The position numbers and the translations under genes were made by a program. From the NCBI GenBank assembly GCA_951406725.2, contig OX597829.1, forward strand, positions 14,694,001 through 14,758,000: a stretch of 64,000 nucleotides of DNA, in the 5' to 3' direction. Positions 56,785-64,000 of this stretch are shown here, one piece after another (the stretch's first letter is position 1; every line of letters starts with the position of its first letter). This DNA is from Octopus vulgaris. Taxonomy: Eukaryota. The notes under the pieces are model-generated. The model had not been told where the DNA came from, made no database searches, and worked only from the letters and a program-made list of their open reading frames with translations.

Positions 56785-56833
56785 TTGTCAAAATATTTTC
56801 GTCGCTTTGAAACCGCGACCTGTTCTCTGACAA
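56785..56833 (-). ncRNA. Third G3-C8 hammerhead copy in mini-element 56650-56850
   Basis: TTGTCA-GAGAACA-G-GTCGC(GGTTTCAAA)GCGAC-GAAAATATTT-TGACAA; tail-to-tail with 56378-56577 across (TA)n. Confidence 0.65.
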
Positions 56834-57159
56834 AATTCCATGATGCAATAAATTAAATGTTGAAGTGAATCTGTTTTAATGTTTTTAAATGGCTTATTTG
56901 CACCTTCCACAACAGCCAACAACTGATGAAGGGCCGTTTTTTATTGTGCTCTTTGTCTTGTTTTCCATTTGCATCTTTCGTTGTTCGAAAAAATAGTTCA
57001 TATTCTATGTACACGTACTTCGTATTTTTTGTTGTACACGTTTTGTTACGTCCTGTGCCCACATATGGATATTTATATACGTATAGATGTAAGTATGTAT
57101 ATATACGTATGTATATATGCATAAATATTATTTATATTATATATATATATGTTTATATA

Positions 57160-57495
57160 GGTGCAAGTGTGGTTGTGTGTTAAGTAGCTTGCTTACCAAC
57201 CACGTGGTTCCGGGTTCAGTCCCACTGCGTGGCACCTTGTGCAAGTGTCATCTACTATAACCTCGGGCTGACCAAAGCCTTGTGAGTCAATTTGGTAGAT
57301 GGTAGATGGAAACTGAAAGAAGCCCGTCGTATATACGTATATATATGTATGTATTTATGTGTGTGAATATATTTGTGTGTCTGTGCTTGTCCCCCAACAT
57401 CGATTGACAACCAATGCTGGTGTGTTTACGTCCCCGTAACTTAGCAGTTCGGCAAAAGAGACCGATAGAATAAGTACTAGGCTTACAAAGAATCC
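57160..57495 (+). mobile_element. CORE-SINE (octopus OR/OK-like), near full length
   Basis: tRNA head, GGTTCAGTCCC B-box, ACCTTGTGCAAGTG CORE, internal microsatellite. Confidence 0.88.
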
Positions 57496-57713
57496 GGATT
57501 TTTTAAAGTATGCTAGGTCACTGGTTGAACATAAATGAACATAAATACATACAAACGCACAATCGTACCTACATACATGGACACATGCACCCATATATAA
57601 TGTATTAACTTGCATCCATCAATCTATATACATCTATACATGCATATACATATCCAGAAGTCTTCCATATTCTTATTACCTTTCTAATAATTATCTATTT
57701 TCCTTATTTTCAG

Positions 57714-57734
57714 GATAAATAATTTACGCGAAAG
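57714..57734 (+). other. Candidate 21-nt host microexon
   Basis: CTAAT branch point, pyrimidine tract TTTTCCTTATTTTCAG, AAG|GTAAGA donor; one open frame (INNLRE). Confidence 0.5.
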
Positions 57735-57899
57735 GTAAGAAAAATAATTTTGTTTTACAAATTGTTTCAATTTTCTTTAAAATAGCAATCTGTGAATCAT
57801 ACTGAGAGTAGATACATCATGGAAAGCCAAATCTAACTGCAGTCCCCACCTTAACTCTAATCCTAATCCTAACCTGGAAAATAACATTGCTTCAACAGA

Positions 57900-58210
57900 A
57901 ACAGGTATCCAGGTAAGGATTACGAAAGTAGTGAATGCCTTAGACAGCCTCAGAATCATATAGAAGTCCTCCGTACCTAACAACACGAAGAAGATTTTTT
58001 TCTACAAAAACAGTTATTGAATCAGTGATTCTCTGACTCATGGGTACTGACTACTCATAAACCCACAGGCGCCTGAGGATCAAGAAGAGGACATCAATCT
58101 GTGGAAGCCATTAGATATCAATTTGAGGCTACGAAGACTGCTATTGAAGATCAGTACAACTGGTGTAGAAGACTTACATTAGTCCTAGCAAGTCATCCGG
58201 TCCAATACCC
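57900..58210 (+). mobile_element. Very degenerate RTE-like remnant
   Basis: Broken SL..I.KS...NTK..FF..TVIESV-like frame. Confidence 0.4.
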
Positions 58211-58597
58211 TAACCATAACCTTAGGCGTTTTTTTTTATTGTAATAGGTTCAGTAGAAAACGAGCACAGACCGTCTGTGATTCCATTATCCTCAAGGTTT
58301 GTGGAAACTTTGAATGAAGCCATTTGTAGAAGAACTCTAATATAATGCATTGAAAAGAGAAAACTTGGTGAAAGAGGAGCGCCAAAGATTACACGGTAAC
58401 AGTTGATCCATAAGACATAAGCTAATGGAGTGACAAGCAAACAAGATTTACGCAGATTCTTTAGCTTACAGCTGTTTCTGTTACTAGCTGCAATGCACTC
58501 AGAGTGAATGGTTATACTTCACCTTATAACTCTCTAGTAGCTTTTACAATGAGGTGCGTAGATATTTATGAAATATATATATATATATATACACACA

Positions 58598-58669
<72 letters not shown>

Positions 58670-58768
58670 TAAAACGATAAGATAACAAAAGAAAGAAAGA
58701 GACCTCAATATTATGTAAATAGAGGAAATTTATCTATAAAATAATATGTTACATTACTCGATAGTCAA

Positions 58769-58829
58769 GATAAAACTCTGAGTTTCACATGCCGAAGTGG
58801 AAATCCACAACACCATCTCTTCGGTTATC
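58769..58829 (-). ncRNA. Type I hammerhead-like motif, U4C core
   Basis: GATAA-CCGAAGA-(stem II)-GAAAC-TCAGA-GTT-TTATC; stem I GATAA/TTATC. Confidence 0.6.
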
Positions 58830-59221
58830 TGGCTATTTGAAAACGCTATGAAAAATACCGTTATACAAAGGGAAATTACTGTGTTATAACTCTGCTTGCC
58901 TGCGTACTTATACATCGCTCGCACATTTCGCCATAAAAATTATATAAAAATACATAAAAAATATATAAAAAATATATAAAAATATACATAAAATATATGA
59001 TAGAAGGTGTGATGAGGTAAAAAAACCTTCTTGGGACATAACATAGAAAGCATGTTCTATCTGTTTTCTTTAGGGGACCAAAAACGTAACAGAAATTTAG
59101 TCACGTATGGGCATGACCCGAAAAGTTCTGTCCTTGTGTTTATACATGTAGTAGGATATACAAATATTCCTTTAAAAAAACATTTCTTTTAATTTTTCTA
59201 AATTTAATTATTTAATCGTTA

Positions 59222-59262
59222 CAGTTGAAAAGGTCTCAAAATGACTGAAGCCGGTACTAAAA
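59222..59262 (+). ncRNA. Degenerate hammerhead-like motif
   Basis: CAG-TTGAAAA-GGTC(TCAAAAT)GACT-GAAGC-CG-GTA-CT. Confidence 0.4.
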
Positions 59263-60015
59263 TGTTCTTTTTAAAATTATTTTAGCATTTTCTATCTTGA
59301 CTTGTTTTTTCATTTATATCGACTCGTGTGTTCCTTTTCATCCTTATACACACACATATATATATATATATACATATATATACATACATATATATATATA
59401 TTTAGGAATATATCTATCTATCTATGAACACACACACGCCCAGACATATATATACATATATATTAATGTGTGTGTGTGTGTGTGTATGTGTATACATGTA
59501 TCTGGATTTTCAGATGCACTAACACTTAACACTACTTTGTAATTGATTATTATGTGAAGTGATAGCCGGGACTGTAGGAGGTGCTTCATGTGATAGTCTC
59601 ACGATTCTCTAAATCCACATTTTATACTACTCCACACTATATGTAAATATATATGTGTATGTATGTATATATATATGCACATGTATGTACGTATGTATAT
59701 ATGTATATTTATGCGTATTTATATGTGCAAATATGTGTGTAAAAATATGCGCACTTATGCGTGTAAATATGTATGTATGTATATGTGTGTCTCCGTGTAG
59801 CATTTTACGAATCTTTTAATTACAACATTGAAGAAGTTACGCTGGTCACTCTCTCTTTAACTCCCACTCACTGTCTCTCTCTTTTACTCTCTCTGTCTCT
59901 CCCTTTCTCACTCTCACTTTATTGCCCTCTCTCTTCTATCGGTCTCTATTGCTATCATCTTCTATATCACCTTCGCTCTCCCTCATACGTATATACATAT
60001 ATATGTATGTATATT

Positions 60016-60062
<47 letters not shown>

Positions 60063-60546
60063 CTCTTTCCTCCTTACCTTTTCCTATACATTCAGCTAAC
60101 ATCAAAACGTTCCGCTAATTGCCACCGCCATTTTGACTGCAGAGATTTGTGAACTTTATTGATTTCTAGCTAAATTCAATCACCGTTTCAGCTTATCAAT
60201 CTTGTTAGCTATCGATAACAAATCGACATGGTGTTGTTTATAACGAACAACGTATATACAACGATAGATATATGCATACACACACATACACAAACACACA
60301 CACACACACATGTACGCTTACGGGCATACATACATACATACATACATACATATAACTGTTTCTATAAATTTATCGCTGTATCTAGTGTATATATATATTT
60401 GTGTGTTTGTGTATGTATATTTATGTATGTATGCATATTCATAAAAATATATACATACGTATATATATATACATATATATATTAGAAAGGAGAAGGTGCA
60501 TATATACAATCGTATATACCAAAAACACACACGCACACACGCAGAG

Positions 60547-60588
<42 letters not shown>

Positions 60589-60774
60589 TTATATACATAT
60601 ATTTGTGTGAATATGCATATATGCATGTGTGTATCCAAGTAGACATATAAATATATACATAAGACTCCTAGAACACGTAAAAATACAACTATACGTATGT
60701 TAGAAATATCTGAGTGTGTGTATGTGAACCCTATATGTATCAGAGATACATACAGACTTACACACATGCATGCA

Positions 60775-60828
<54 letters not shown>

Positions 60829-61129
60829 CATATATTTCTATATATGTTTACATGTAGGTCTGCGAACATAGAAATCCATACATATCTATGCATGCACGTG
60901 TGTGAACGTATTTATACATTTGAAACATCTTCCAGTCTACATATGTATGCGAGCCTGGTATTGTGTGTCTGTGTATCTACACACGTTTACGCAGACACAC
61001 ACGAACACACACACACTTACACACACAAATATACAGACATATATTTATAATAAATGCACAAAAAACGAAACAGCACGTTCACACTATCGTTACAACAGTT
61101 GGGCAAATATTTTACGTTATTTTATCTGT

Positions 61130-61447
<318 letters not shown>

Positions 61448-61830
61448 GACAGAAGTAAGTAGACACCCTGATACTCACTAAAATTACTTTAAATCTGAAA
61501 TTATACATTCAAATTATTTATTAATTGTTATGATGCGAATATTCTCTTGCAAAATATCACGCCAAGTTTCATGAAGCAGTCTCAAAATATCTGGCTTTGA
61601 AGATGCTTTCTTCTTTTTATGAAGTGTCCTGTCCATTATATCACAGAGAGTTCAATAGGCTTCATATCTGGTGACAAGCTTGACCACGGAAACTTTTTAA
61701 TGCCATTCTCATCCAGAGAAATAAAGAGTCTTCGTTAATCATTTCACCATCAGAGAAGATTGGAAGTTATCCTTTCTGCAGTATGGAAAAAAAGAGGGAG
61801 GAAGAGATAGATATATGCATTTATACGTAT

Positions 61831-61894
61831 TGAACTCAGAACGTAGCGGCAGACGAAATACCCGGCCTGCTAACGTTTCTGCCAGCTCGCCGCC
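61831..61894 (-). mobile_element. Meta-SINE head with internal deletion at the hairpin
   Basis: GACGAAATA joins CCCGGC, missing CCGCTAAGCATTTCG. Confidence 0.75.
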
Positions 61895-62562
61895 CGACAC
61901 TAATACCGCCCAATGCTCAGATATAATGACATTCTAAAGACCTGAAAACCTGCAACAACAAAACTTGAAGTTATAGGAATAGGTTGCACTGAACACTGGA
62001 AATAGATGATTTTGCTAATATCCTCGATTACACCAGTCAGCTTTGTTCCAGTGTCAAACACCAAGGTCACCCACTGCTAAGTGATAAGGACATACTTGAA
62101 AAGCTGGAAAATAAATGTGAAAATAGATCGATCGAAAGCGAAAGAATAGAACCAAAGGAAACTGTTGCTACCAAGAATCTCCGATCTTGAGGCAGCCAGG
62201 AACAACACCAAACAGGACAAAAGAGTCCAATATAAAGCAAAGTCTAATGTCCCTCATGAAGAGGGAAACCGCCACAGTGAATTTTACTTCTTTATAATTA
62301 CATTTTCTAAGGTACTCACAGGGCTGAATATTTTGCAGGAAGGGGCTATTCGATTGAATCGCCATCAGTGCTCAAGTGGTACTGATTAGTATGAACTATA
62401 TATACACATACACACACACATATTTATATATAAAAGGATGTGTTACAATACTATACCACAGCCATAACAACAATCCAACGTGCCTCTTTCATCAGGTGCC
62501 CCATGCATATTATTATGGTTTCAGCACCTGGGCAGTACCATTGAATCCGGCAGTGTCAGCAA

Positions 62563-62635
<73 letters not shown>

Positions 62636-62639
<4 letters not shown>

Positions 62640-62731
62640 TTCTTCCCTTCCTTCCTGAGCGTCCAATAATACTATATTTGTTCCACGTCCTCGCGTTGTT
62701 GTGTTTTCTCTTTGTGCTTTCATGTTTTGAT

Positions 62732-62736
<5 letters not shown>
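62636..62736 (+). mobile_element. 3' portion of the hammerhead mini-element family
   Basis: Homologous to 51891-51990; flanked by (TA)n on both sides. Confidence 0.8.
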
Positions 62737-62808
<72 letters not shown>

Positions 62809-62819
62809 ATGTATGTATA

Positions 62820-63215
62820 TCTTTATATATAAAAGTGAAGTTGTGTGTCTGTCTCCTACAATTTAGATTCCTAACTACTCCCACATTTTGCGGTGCAGTG
62901 TAACCAAAAGCGAGTATCTTATAGTCGTGATTCATATCGAACCATTCTGGGTATTAGCGCGCGTCTTCGATGAGTCTACGATTAAAAAAGAAAATTACCA
63001 TCATTTTTCCCATTTTTAATGCATTTTTTTGCTATTATATAAGGGAAGTAACTCTCTAAAAATGTATTATTAAATCTCAGAACGTAAAAAGCTACAGTAA
63101 CACCCCCCCCCATTGTGGTTAGCCATATTGAGATGGCTATTATACTTTACATCTCTAAAAATGCTTATATAGTTATTTCCCTTACAAACTCGAGCAACGC
63201 CGGGCGATACTGCTA

Positions 63216-63216
<1 letters not shown>
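62820..63216 (+). mobile_element. Non-autonomous Helitron
   Basis: A|TC...hairpin...CTAG|T ends. Confidence 0.9.
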
Positions 63217-63287
<71 letters not shown>

Positions 63288-63803
63288 TACTAATCAGTGT
63301 CTCCTATAGAGAAAAATAAGGATAATCAGCTATTTTCCATTATCTTCATCTTCATCTGAGCAATAATAACAAAATATATATGTTTAATTTTACCTTCCAT
63401 GCCGCGGGCATTAGATAAAGTAGGATAATTGCAACACACACACACACACATACACACACACACACATACACACGCACATACAGTTGGCATCATGTCTACA
63501 GGACATATGGCTTTGGGTCCCTTGGACAGTCTCACATATTTCACATTTCACTTGTTACTATTCACATTTTTTAAGTGTGCTTCAAGATCCACCGTTCCTC
63601 AACAGAATCTATCTATCTGTCTGTCTGATTGCCTGTCTGCCTGTCTGTCTATCTGCCTTCCTGCCTTTTTTTGTGTGTGTCTATCTGCCTGTGTGTGTCT
63701 GTCTGTGTGTCAGTTCTGTGCCTGTGTGTTTGTGTATCTGTCTGTCTCTTCCTCCCTTCCTTCCTTTCTTTCTTTCACTCTCTCCCTCTCTCTCTCTCTC
63801 TCA

Positions 63804-63842
<39 letters not shown>

Positions 63843-64000
63843 TATATTTTTTGTACTGTCGTTACTGTCCTGTTTTTTGACCAATTTCTTTACCATTTTT
63901 TACCCCTCTGCGAAAAGATCTCAGAATTTTAATTGATTTGCTATTCGCAGGAAGGAAAGTTTCTTGTCGAAGATGCGTCACGCTTTTATCCTTCGAAACA

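Noticed and set aside
57850-58225. CCTAAT/CCTAAC telomere-like repeats
   Set aside because: Only 2-3 imperfect units at each site; insufficient
63951-64000. Possible exon start (..TTCGCAG|GAAGGAAAG, open frame EGKFLVEDASRF)
   Set aside because: Weak pyrimidine tract and truncated by the window edge; cannot be supported

Overview
Non-coding, extremely microsatellite-rich, AT-rich animal genomic DNA. The SINE families and repeat density suggest an octopus/cephalopod genome (inference). No intact host gene is visible; almost all listed ORFs are translations of microsatellites. The window is a patchwork of transposons: a near full-length degenerate Tx1-like (L1-group) LINE (8215-13650) and a second fragment fused to a SINE (25312-26789), a CR1/L2-group LINE (30441-32775), a Penelope-like element (RT + GIY-YIG) with an inverted terminal duplication (53334-56524), R4/Dong-like, RTE, CR1 and Tc1/mariner remnants, non-autonomous Helitrons, a MITE and dozens of tRNA-derived SINEs. 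Most interesting signals: (1) about a dozen minimal hammerhead-ribozyme-like motifs in Penelope-derived mini-elements, including a family with a swapped G3-C8 core pair and a family with a U4C core; (2) a Tx1-like LINE found twice next to (TATC)n that shares its 3' tail stem-loop with a Meta-domain SINE, plus a LINE-SINE chimera; (3) SINE multimers that repeatedly break at the apex of one hairpin; (4) a strong 21-nt microexon candidate. All structure calls were made by eye.
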